Translations under genes and position numbers: made by a program
Shown: positions 29,446 to 38,712 of the stretch, in pieces
How the letters are laid out: each line of letters opens with the position of its first letter
Numbering within the stretch: the first letter of the stretch is position 1
Origin: Deltaproteobacteria bacterium
GTDB lineage: Bacteria > Myxococcota_A > Polyangia > Polyangiales > Houyiibacteriaceae
Reading direction: 5' to 3'
DNA: 42,657 nucleotides
Assembly (NCBI GenBank): GCA_041821485.1
Contig: JBGUEF010000002.1
Coordinates: 1-42,657, forward strand
The notes under the pieces: generated by a model
The model's database searches: none
Told to the model about the DNA's origin: nothing
The model's input: only the letters and a program-made list of their open reading frames with translations

Positions 29446-30731
29446 GGCTGGCCCTCCTTGGCCTTCGCCGCTTCGAGGATTGAGCGTAGATCGGCTAGTT
29501 GCTTTCGCAGCCACTGCGTGAGCCAGAAATTTTCGCTCTCCCGTTCGAGCTGCTCATGCGCGGCCACCATCACTTCGAGCGCAGCGATGTTCGTGGGTTC
29601 GGCAGTGAGCGCAACTTCCGCCAGATGAATCGCCTCGACCGGCTCGCCCGAAGAGAGCTTGCCCCTGGCCCGCTGTGCCACTGCATCGGGGCCGCCAGCA
29701 AGCTCCACCAAATCTCCGTGCACACTCTTCACTGGCACCGGATAGAGCTCAGTCGTCGAGCTGTGATGAAACCACCCCGCATAGTTTTCCCAGATGGCCC
29801 GCACGCTCCACGACACCTTGCCGTAGCCCTCCCCGACCTCGAGCTCCGGCGGAAGTTGGATGTCACGCATCAGGGTGTGGATGTCCTTGCCATGATTCAT
29901 GCCGCGCACGGTTTCGTCGTGAACGTATCGAACGGCGTCGCGCAGTCGCGTCAGCTCCTCGCGAATCGTTTCCTTTCCGACGACCGGGCCGTGATGGCCG
30001 GTCAACAGCAGCTTGGGCTCGAGCGCAAGCACACGCTCGAGTGAATCGATGAAGCCCAGCGCCTCGCGATACCGGTCACCGCGAACCGTGACGAGATTGG
30101 GAAAGTGACCAAACAGCGCGCTAAAGAGGTTCCCACAGAAGCAGACCTCCTGCTCGGGTAGCCAGATGATCATCGAATCGGTCGTCTCGCCTCCAGGCGT
30201 CGAGATCAGCTCCATCCGCACCCCGCCCAGCTCGAGCTCGTAGCGGTCGTCGAAGGTGATGTCTGGCGTCGGGCGCGATTGCGCGGGGATGCCACCTCCC
30301 ACGTGCTCTTGGATGTATGTCCAGGCGCGCGCAATCGCATCGGCAAACGCAAACGCGCTGCGCGACGCTCGAAACGCCGCGATGCGGCCGTCGTCCGCTT
30401 GGTGGGACTGGTTGTTCGCGTGCGCGACCAGCTGCGTGCCCTCCTCGCGAAAAAAATCGACGCCGCCAACGTGATCGACATGGCCTTGGGTGAGAAAGAT
30501 GTAGCGCACCGGACTGTCATCGATGGCGTCGAAATTGCGCTTGTGGACCGGCGCCTCGAAGCCCATCCCGGTGTTGATCACGACCCGGCCTTCGGGCGTC
30601 GTGATCAGGTACGAGTTGGAAAGGCCCTCCGACAGATAGATGATATCGTCGATTTTCTGCGCCTCGGCCTGGGATGCAGGTTGGATTTCAAAGCCGCTGG
30701 GGCGCGAGCGATAGAGTGGGGTCGAGGTCAT
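29442..30731 (-). CDS. metallo-beta-lactamase-fold protein with an alkyl-sulfatase-type dimerisation domain (no SCP2-like C-terminal domain)
   Basis: MBL motif region YIFLTQGHVDHVGG. The helical C-terminal part (GGPDAVAQRARGKL...AIHLAEVALTAEPTNIAALEVMVAAHEQL...NFWLTQ) resembles the SdsA1/Pisa1 dimerisation domain. 429 aa. Confidence 0.8.
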   Translation of the reverse strand: MTSTPLYRSRPSGFEIQPASQAEAQKIDDIIYLSEGLSNSYLITTPEGRVVINTGMGFEAPVHKRNFDAIDDSPVRYIFLTQGHVDHVGGVDFFREEGTQLVAHANNQSHQADDGRIAAFRASRSAFAFADAIARAWTYIQEHVGGGIPAQSRPTPDITFDDRYELELGGVRMELISTPGGETTDSMIIWLPEQEVCFCGNLFSALFGHFPNLVTVRGDRYREALGFIDSLERVLALEPKLLLTGHHGPVVGKETIREELTRLRDAVRYVHDETVRGMNHGKDIHTLMRDIQLPPELEVGEGYGKVSWSVRAIWENYAGWFHHSSTTELYPVPVKSVHGDLVELAGGPDAVAQRARGKLSSGEPVEAIHLAEVALTAEPTNIAALEVMVAAHEQLERESENFWLTQWLRKQLADLRSILEAAKAKEGQP

Positions 30732-30789
30732 GCTGCTCCTGGTCGCGAAGGCGCGGAGGATAGCCGTGCTCTGGGGGTCGTGCTAGAGT

Positions 30790-30872
30790 CGGCCTTCGCT
30801 CGGGGCGCCGCAAAGGCTGAGAGGGACCCGTCGAACCTGATCCGGTTTGAACCGGCGTAGGGAAGCGACCCG
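30790..30872 (+). promoter_or_regulatory. TPP (THI-box) riboswitch upstream of thiC
   Basis: CGGGGCGCC...GCUGAGA..ACCC..GAACCUGAUCCGGUUUGAACCGGCGUAGGGAA matches the conserved TPP aptamer core. The P1 candidate is UCGCU/AGCGA. GAGGAG (SD) plus ATG follow about 25 nt downstream. Confidence 0.85.
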
Positions 30873-30897
30873 TCGGCTTCTTCCCTGCACGAGGAGC

Positions 30898-32676
<1,779 letters not shown>

Positions 32677-32702
32677 CGGCGTCCCTGGGGAAAGGGAAGA
32701 AG

Positions 32703-33062
32703 ATGGGGAAGACACTGATTTTGGGCTTGATGGTCGGCATGTTGGCGGTCGCGTACGGCTGCTCCAAGGAGTCCTCCGGCACGACTGCCTATTCGTTGGA
32801 AGACTTGGACTACCCGATTGGCTCCACCGATGTCGCCGCAGGCACCGAGGTTTTCGCGGAGTTCTGCGAAGGCTGCCACCCCGGTGGTGAAGAAGGCGAC
32901 GGCCCGAAGATCGCAGGCGAAGGTGCTTCGCCGTCACAGATGCGCTGGAAGGTCCGCTCGGGCGGCGACGACATGCCCGCCTTCGGCCCGGACAAGATCA
33001 GCGACGCCGACATGGAAACCCTGCTCGCCTACGCCCTCACAATCGGCGCCGTAGCCCAGTAG
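32703..33062 (+). CDS. small class-I c-type cytochrome, lipoprotein
   Basis: Signal peptide plus lipobox LAVAYGC. Haem motif CEGCH. Distal Met context GGDDMPAF. GGGAAGAAG lies upstream of the ATG. Confidence 0.8.
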   Translation: MGKTLILGLMVGMLAVAYGCSKESSGTTAYSLEDLDYPIGSTDVAAGTEVFAEFCEGCHPGGEEGDGPKIAGEGASPSQMRWKVRSGGDDMPAFGPDKISDADMETLLAYALTIGAVAQ

Positions 33063-33085
33063 AAAAAGGGGACAGTCCCCTTTTT
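33063..33085. terminator. bidirectional intrinsic terminator inside the left repeat
   Basis: AAAAAGGGGA-CAG-TCCCCTTTTT: a 10-bp arm palindrome with A- and T-tracts. It lies downstream of the convergent cytochrome c gene and ORF 33107..33436. Confidence 0.7.
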
Positions 33086-33097
33086 GAAAGGGTTAAT
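33063..33097. repeat. left copy of a perfect 35-bp inverted repeat (AAAAAGGGGACAGTCCCCTTTTTGAAAGGGTTAAT)
   Basis: Its reverse complement is identical to 34016..34050. It starts directly after the cytochrome c stop codon. Confidence 0.9.
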
Positions 33098-33106
33098 CCC
33101 CTCAGG

Positions 33107-33436
33107 CTAGTTGTTACGGCAGTAGCCGTAGGGGATGAATTCGTCCTCCTCAGCACGCGTTCGAATGACCACTTCACGCGTGTTGCGCGGGCCAACTCTC
33201 GTGCTGTGGGGCGGCTGCGGATCGACGTCGGTCCACACCTCGCAGTTCAGCCAGTCGCGGGTCTTGTTCTTGATGATGACCACGTGACGGTATCCGCCAC
33301 TCTGCACCTGAACTTCGCCTTTGATTTTGTAGTTGCTCCGAGCGCTCGCAGTGGATGCAGTAAGATGGTGCATCGCGGGGATGGCCAGGACGAGAGCAAG
33401 CGAAGCGGCGCTAGCGATTTTGACTATCTTCGTCAT
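33107..33436 (-). CDS. small secreted hypothetical protein (109 aa, 2 Cys in the mature part)
   Basis: N-terminal signal peptide MTKIVKIASAASLALVLAIPAMHHLTASTASA. No obvious SD and no family recognised. Confidence 0.5.
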   Translation of the reverse strand: MTKIVKIASAASLALVLAIPAMHHLTASTASARSNYKIKGEVQVQSGGYRHVVIIKNKTRDWLNCEVWTDVDPQPPHSTRVGPRNTREVVIRTRAEEDEFIPYGYCRNN

Positions 33437-33490
33437 GGGGGAGCAAGAGTGCTGAAAGACGCGCGCTTCGCAAGCTGACGCTTGCGCCGG

Positions 33491-33958
33491 CTAGGCGCCC
33501 GTCAGCCGATAAACTTTGATATTCCGCTCCGTCCTCTTCACGTAGGATTTCATCTGCGGAATCGTGTCGGCGATCTTCGGCCATAGGATGGCCTTCTCCG
33601 AGTCCGTCAGACGCGATGCGACGACTTCTCTCTTCTCCGAGCCGAGCTGGATCTTGGCCTTTGGATTCGCGTCGAGGTTGTAGGACCATGCCGGGTGGTT
33701 CGTGCCACCGAAGTTGCTCGCGACCACCAGGACGTCGTCGCCATCTTGGGTGTACCCCAGCTGGACCGTACGCTCCTTGCCCGACTTGCGGCCGGTCGTG
33801 GTCAGCACGAGTTGGGGAATCACTTGGGGCCCAGCCGAGGTGAAACGCCCTCCGCTGACCTTGTACAGAATCGGATCCAGCCGAGCAGAAACCGTTCGCG
33901 CAATCGAGCGGCCAACCGGCGTAACTGAGAACGAATTGATGAAATCCCGATAGCTCAT
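33491..33958 (-). CDS. deazaflavin-dependent nitroreductase (DDN/DUF385-type) family protein
   Basis: LTTTGRKSGKERTVQLGY..DGDDVLVVASNFGGTNHPAWSYNLDANPKAKIQ matches the family signature. The ATG at 33958 is preceded by GGAGG. Confidence 0.8.
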   Translation of the reverse strand: MSYRDFINSFSVTPVGRSIARTVSARLDPILYKVSGGRFTSAGPQVIPQLVLTTTGRKSGKERTVQLGYTQDGDDVLVVASNFGGTNHPAWSYNLDANPKAKIQLGSEKREVVASRLTDSEKAILWPKIADTIPQMKSYVKRTERNIKVYRLTGA

Positions 33959-34015
33959 ACTGCCTCCGCCGCGCAGCAGCCTATCACGCCCGTCTGCGAT
34001 GCTCCCGCCGAGCAA

Positions 34016-34050
34016 ATTAACCCTTTCAAAAAGGGGACTGTCCCCTTTTT
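34016..34050. repeat. right copy of the 35-bp inverted repeat (ATTAACCCTTTCAAAAAGGGGACTGTCCCCTTTTT)
   Basis: Exact reverse complement of 33063..33097. It abuts the stop codon of the EnvC-like gene. The hairpin plus T-tract (34028..34050) can act as that gene's terminator. Confidence 0.9.
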
Positions 34051-35036
34051 TAGAGGCCTAGCCAGCTTCTTGCGTCTAGGGGGCGGGTGCCTCGGCGGAC
34101 TTCGAAGAAGAGGATGGCGTCGGGGCTGGCGGTGTCTAGGGTTCCTACGCGGGTGCTCATGCCTACCCAGTCCCCGACCTGGACGTCGGTGGAGCCTAGG
34201 CCGCCGTAGACGGTGTAGAAGCTGCTGCCGTGGTCGATGATGACCATGAGGCCGTAGGCGCCGTAGTTGCGGGCGAAGGCCACTCTGCCGTCTGCTGCGG
34301 CGCGGACGGGTCCGCCTGCACGCCCGTAGAACTCCAGGCCCGCTGCGCCTTCGCGGCTGCTTTCGCCGATTCGCATCGAACCCTGCACTGGCAGCGCCAG
34401 CTGTCCGCGCATCTGGGCAAACCCGTCGCCCAGGTCATCCATGTCGCCGGACACGCGGATTCGGCCGTAACTCACCCCGTCGTTCGGCGCCTCTTGCGGC
34501 TCGCCTCGAAGCGCGCCCTGGAATAGCGAAGCACTGCGGCGGCTGTGCTCGAGCTCTTCCTTCTTGGATTCGAGCGCCCGCAAGGCGACCTGGGCCTCCT
34601 GGAGCGCATCGGCGAGCTCGTTCTTCTCGACTCGAAGCGCGGAGCCGCGTTCCCCGAGGAAGTCCATCGTATCGAGGTCGCCCTTCACCATTCGTGAGAG
34701 CCGCTGCACTCGTGCGAGGTGCCCCATCAATGCGTCGAAACCTCCGGCAACCGGCAGCATTCCAGCGCGCCGAATGCGATAGAGGGCGCGCGCGCGCTCG
34801 TGGAGGCGAACCTCGGCCTCGTCCCGCTTATCCGCGAGACCAGAAATCTCCGTGTCGATCTGCGCTTGCCGCGTCTGCGCATGTTCGACGCGGGCGAGGT
34901 TCTCTGCGATCTTGCCTTCCACCGAGGCAACATCCGTCAAGCCGTCGACCCCGAGGTCCTGCTCGGCGGCAGCTCCCGCCGCAACTGCGAAAAGCCCCGC
35001 CGTGATCCAAACCCAGAATCTGCTTTTGCTTTTCAT
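34050..35036 (-). CDS. EnvC-like coiled-coil protein with a degenerate LytM (M23) domain
   Basis: Signal peptide, a long coiled-coil, then a C-terminal M23 fold (DGRVAFARNYGAYGLMVIIDHG) that lacks the HxxxD and HxH ligands. Its start is 1 nt after the ftsX stop. Confidence 0.8.
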   Translation of the reverse strand: MKSKSRFWVWITAGLFAVAAGAAAEQDLGVDGLTDVASVEGKIAENLARVEHAQTRQAQIDTEISGLADKRDEAEVRLHERARALYRIRRAGMLPVAGGFDALMGHLARVQRLSRMVKGDLDTMDFLGERGSALRVEKNELADALQEAQVALRALESKKEELEHSRRSASLFQGALRGEPQEAPNDGVSYGRIRVSGDMDDLGDGFAQMRGQLALPVQGSMRIGESSREGAAGLEFYGRAGGPVRAAADGRVAFARNYGAYGLMVIIDHGSSFYTVYGGLGSTDVQVGDWVGMSTRVGTLDTASPDAILFFEVRRGTRPLDARSWLGL

Positions 35037-35037
35037 T

Positions 35038-35919
35038 TCACACCGAGAGATAGCGTCGCACCGACACAGCGCTCCCAATCGCACCGATCACGGCGCCCCC
35101 CGCCAGCAGCGCCACCAGGGTCCACGCGCCGAGAAAGACGACCCGGCTCCCGGTCAACGCGGCCAAGGTCGAATCGACCGACTCGTGAAGCGCAAGGTAT
35201 CCAACTAAGAGCGCCAGGATTGCCAGAAGCGCCGACGCGAACCCTTGGAACATCCCCTCCAGCACGAACGGCCCTCTGACGAAGCCGTTGGTCGCGCCGC
35301 AGAGCTTCATGACTTCGATCTCCTGCCGTCGACGCGCGACAGCCAAGCGAATCGTGTTGCCGATCACGGCGACCACGCAGAACATCACCAGCAGCGCGAG
35401 CCCGAGGGCCAACATGCGCGCGCCCCAGAGCAACTGGTCGAGCTTCTGGAACCAGGTTCCGTAGCTCTCCACATCGCTCACCGCCCGAAACTGCGCGAGC
35501 CGCGTCGCGATCGATTCGCTCCGTTCGCGGGTCACGCCTTGAACCAGGGCCACCTCGAGCGACGCTGGAAACACCTCCGATGGGAGCGCACTCAGGTCCG
35601 CTCCCACGTCCGCCTCTTCGAGAAATGACTCGCGCGCCTGCGTCGGCGTGACGTGCGTTACCTCACTCACGTCCGCCAGACCCTCGAGCACGACGCGCAG
35701 CTGCGCGGTGTCCTGCGGATCGGCGTCGTCTTTCAGGAAGAGCGTGATGCGTCCGCTCTGACCCCAGCGTGTCGCTGCCGCGTCCAGATTGGTGACGCCG
35801 AGCAGCGTCGCCCCCAGACATATGAACGCGACGGCCAGGCTCGTGACCGCCACGATGTACAACCGTCGCTCCTCGCGAAGCCCCCGCCTCGCCCGCGTGA
35901 TTGCGTTCTTCACGTCCAT
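35038..35919 (-). CDS. ftsX: cell division permease-like protein FtsX
   Basis: 293 aa with 4 TM helices and a large first periplasmic loop. It lies immediately downstream of ftsE. Confidence 0.88.
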   Translation of the reverse strand: MDVKNAITRARRGLREERRLYIVAVTSLAVAFICLGATLLGVTNLDAAATRWGQSGRITLFLKDDADPQDTAQLRVVLEGLADVSEVTHVTPTQARESFLEEADVGADLSALPSEVFPASLEVALVQGVTRERSESIATRLAQFRAVSDVESYGTWFQKLDQLLWGARMLALGLALLVMFCVVAVIGNTIRLAVARRRQEIEVMKLCGATNGFVRGPFVLEGMFQGFASALLAILALLVGYLALHESVDSTLAALTGSRVVFLGAWTLVALLAGGAVIGAIGSAVSVRRYLSV

Positions 35920-35923
35920 CGTT

Positions 35924-36715
35924 TCACCCCACCAGCGTGTGAATGCCGCTGCTACCTTGCCAATGCTTGAGGCCTTGTTGAGCCTCTGAGACGCGGCCGT
36001 CGTCGATCGAAATCAAGCGGTGGTCCCGCTTGGAGATCAGGGAGTGGTCGTGCGTTGCGAACAACACCGTCGTCCCGGTCGAGTTGATCTCTTCGAAGAG
36101 TGTCAGGATGTCGATCGCGAGATGCGGGTCCAAGTTGCCGGTCGGCTCGTCCGCCAGGATGAGCGCGGGCTCGGGCACGATCGCTCGGGCGACCGCGACA
36201 CGCTGCTTCTCGCCACCGGAGAGGTTGCTGGTCTGCTCCGGACCGCGGCCCGCCAGGCCGACACGCTCGAGCGCCTCAGCCACCCGCGATCGGATGAGCC
36301 GCTGTGGCATCGAGACGATCTCGAGTGCCACGGCCACGTTTTCGAAGACGGTCCAGTGATCGATGATCCGGAAATCCTGAAACACGATCCCGAGGTTGCG
36401 CCGAAGGAAGGGAATCGATTTGTCCGTCAGCCTTCCGATGTCACGGCCGCAGAAGAGCACCCGGCCTTCATCGACCCTGAGCTCGCGGTACACGAGCTTC
36501 AGAAGCGTGCTCTTGCCGGCACCGCTCGGCCCGGTGATGAACGCGAACTCGCCGCGCTCGACCGAGAGATCGACCCCTCGAAGGGTCGGCTGGTCGGGTC
36601 GGAAGAATTTGTAGACGTCCTCCAGTACCAGAATCGGCTTGGACAGCTGCGGCTGGCTTGCGCGCGCTCCGGCACGAAAGAACGGAAACGGCCGAACAAC
36701 CTTGGTTCCCTGCAT
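35924..36715 (-). CDS. ftsE: cell division ATP-binding protein FtsE
   Basis: Walker A GPSGAGKST, signature LSGGEKQRVAVARA, Walker B LILADEPTGNLD. It has a roughly 25-aa N-terminal extension if the only canonical ATG (36715) is used. Confidence 0.93.
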   Translation of the reverse strand: MQGTKVVRPFPFFRAGARASQPQLSKPILVLEDVYKFFRPDQPTLRGVDLSVERGEFAFITGPSGAGKSTLLKLVYRELRVDEGRVLFCGRDIGRLTDKSIPFLRRNLGIVFQDFRIIDHWTVFENVAVALEIVSMPQRLIRSRVAEALERVGLAGRGPEQTSNLSGGEKQRVAVARAIVPEPALILADEPTGNLDPHLAIDILTLFEEINSTGTTVLFATHDHSLISKRDHRLISIDDGRVSEAQQGLKHWQGSSGIHTLVG

Positions 36716-36809
36716 AGAATCCGGCTACCCCGGGGGCCTCTCGCGGGCAAGAAATCGGCCAAGAACCCGCGGTTGCCACGGGCCCTGCTCCGGCTAGAGT
36801 TGCCGCAGC

Positions 36810-37595
36810 ATGGGCGAGCGAGCGGTCTTGTATGAGGCGGCGGACCGAATTGGGCTGATCTCCTTGAATCGCCCCGATCAACGGAACGCCATGACTCCCG
36901 AGCTTTTGGACGCGTTTTCGGAGGCGATCGGGGAGGCGCGGAGCGACGACGAAATCCGATGCCTGGTCATTACCGGTAGAGGCCGCTGTTTTAGTGCGGG
37001 CGCCGATCTCAGGTCGTCCATGCAGCGCACTGATCTTGGCAAGCCATCCCGTGACGCGTCGTTCGCGATGTACGAGCCGTTTCTGCAGGTGCTCGACGTC
37101 GAGGTACCTGTCATCGCAGCGATGAACGGCCACACCGTCGGCGGTGGATTCGGCCTCTCCCTGCTGGCCGACATCCGGGTCGCGAACGTCGACGCAAAAT
37201 ACGGCGTCAATTTCGCGCGTTTAGGAATCCATTCTGGACTCGGCATCAGCTATTTGCTCCCTCATCTCGTCGGGGCGGCCTATGCGTCAGAGCTGCTGTT
37301 TACCGGCCGACTCATCCGAGGAGACGAAGCCCTCCGCATCGGGCTGGTCACGCACGCCGAAGAGCCCGCAGAGGTGCTCCCCGCCGCGATGGGGCTCGCC
37401 AGCGCGATCGCGGCGTCCGCTCCGATGGCCGTCCAGCAGATGAAGGCCTCGATCCGCCGCGGGCTGCGCTGGGAGATCCGCGAGGCCGCGCTCGAAGAAG
37501 CTGGCCTCCAAGCGGCGAGCTTGTCCACCGAGGATGCGAAGGAAGGTGTGAGCGCGATCCTCGAAAAGCGGGAACCCGAGTTCACCGGAAGGTAG
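36810..37595 (+). CDS. enoyl-CoA hydratase/isomerase (crotonase) family protein
   Basis: CFSAGADL and GHTVGGGFGLSLLADIRVA oxyanion-hole motifs. 261 aa. Confidence 0.9.
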   Translation: MGERAVLYEAADRIGLISLNRPDQRNAMTPELLDAFSEAIGEARSDDEIRCLVITGRGRCFSAGADLRSSMQRTDLGKPSRDASFAMYEPFLQVLDVEVPVIAAMNGHTVGGGFGLSLLADIRVANVDAKYGVNFARLGIHSGLGISYLLPHLVGAAYASELLFTGRLIRGDEALRIGLVTHAEEPAEVLPAAMGLASAIAASAPMAVQQMKASIRRGLRWEIREAALEEAGLQAASLSTEDAKEGVSAILEKREPEFTGR

Positions 37596-37599
37596 ACCG

Positions 37600-38712
37600 A
37601 TGCTGGCAACCCCGGAGCTACCGATACCGATCGAAGCAGTGCCTGAACGGCTCCGGCGCTTTGCCGATCCCAACAGCCCAGCCCCCGCAAGGATGATGGC
37701 CGCTCGGGGGATGGTCCCGGTCAAGGGCGGCGACCTCGTGCTGCTGCTCGTGCAACTCACCGCCGATGCTGACCCAGGGATCTCCAAGTCGGCAGGGGAC
37801 ACCTTGCAAGAGTTGCCGGAGGGAGTGCTTCTTCCCGCCTGTGAGCAGAACCTGCACCCGGCAGTCTTCCACGAGGTCGCGCTCCGATTCTCGACCAACG
37901 ACCAAGTCTTGGAGCGGCTCGTCCAGAACCACGCGGTCGCCGACGCAACGTTCGCAAAGATCTCGACGCATTGCCCGGAGCGCATCACCGAGATCATCTC
38001 CGTCAACCAGCAACGGCTCCTAGGCGCGCCGCAGATCATCGAAGCACTCTATAAGAATCGCAACACGCGCATGTCGACTGCCGACCGTCTCATCGAGCTT
38101 GCCGCCCGCCATGGGGTCGAGCTGACGGGCATTCCAATGTTCGACGAGCTCAAGAAGGCGATTCAAGGCCAGCTGATCCCCGAAGCGGGCGACGAGCCGC
38201 TGCCGAGCGACGACGCATTCTCGAAGGCCCTCCAAGAAGACGCCGACCAAGACGCCGTCGAGCGCGACAAGATCGATGGCACCGAGGCGACAAAGGAAGA
38301 GTTTGTCCCGTTGCAGACCAAGATCCGAGACATGAACATCGGCGAGAAGATCAGGATGGCGCTTCTCGGCAACGCGGCGGCGCGCTCGATCCTAGTGCGG
38401 GACCCGAACCGCGTGGTAGCGATGGCAGCAGTCGCCTCTCCGGCGATGGGCGAGAGCGAGGCCAAGAACGCAGCGCAGAGCCGCGAGGTGTCGGAGGATG
38501 TGCTTCGATTCATCGGCAGGAAGCGGGAGTGGCTTCGGAGCTACGAGATCAAGCGTCACCTGTGCAACAACCCAAAGACGCCGCTGGCCCTGTCGATGAC
38601 TTTCCTCGCTCACCTCCGCCGCAATGACCTGCGTGCGCTGTCCCGCAGCCGTGGTATCCCCGGCCCGCTCAAGCAGGCTGCCAAGCGCAGAGCCAAGAAG
38701 TTCGAGTCATGA
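37600..38712 (+). CDS. hypothetical alpha-helical repeat protein
   Basis: 370 aa, starting 5 nt after the crotonase stop. Helical-repeat character with an acidic central linker and a basic C-terminus. No family recognised. Confidence 0.6.
   Translation: MLATPELPIPIEAVPERLRRFADPNSPAPARMMAARGMVPVKGGDLVLLLVQLTADADPGISKSAGDTLQELPEGVLLPACEQNLHPAVFHEVALRFSTNDQVLERLVQNHAVADATFAKISTHCPERITEIISVNQQRLLGAPQIIEALYKNRNTRMSTADRLIELAARHGVELTGIPMFDELKKAIQGQLIPEAGDEPLPSDDAFSKALQEDADQDAVERDKIDGTEATKEEFVPLQTKIRDMNIGEKIRMALLGNAAARSILVRDPNRVVAMAAVASPAMGESEAKNAAQSREVSEDVLRFIGRKREWLRSYEIKRHLCNNPKTPLALSMTFLAHLRRNDLRALSRSRGIPGPLKQAAKRRAKKFES

Noticed and set aside
29442-29514. An apparent 73-nt overlap between the sulfotransferase ORF (ATG at 29514) and the upstream MBL gene.
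   Set aside because: An in-frame GTG at 29445 gives a canonical GTGA stop/start overlap and removes a non-conserved-looking N-terminal extension. The long overlap is more likely an ORF-caller artefact.
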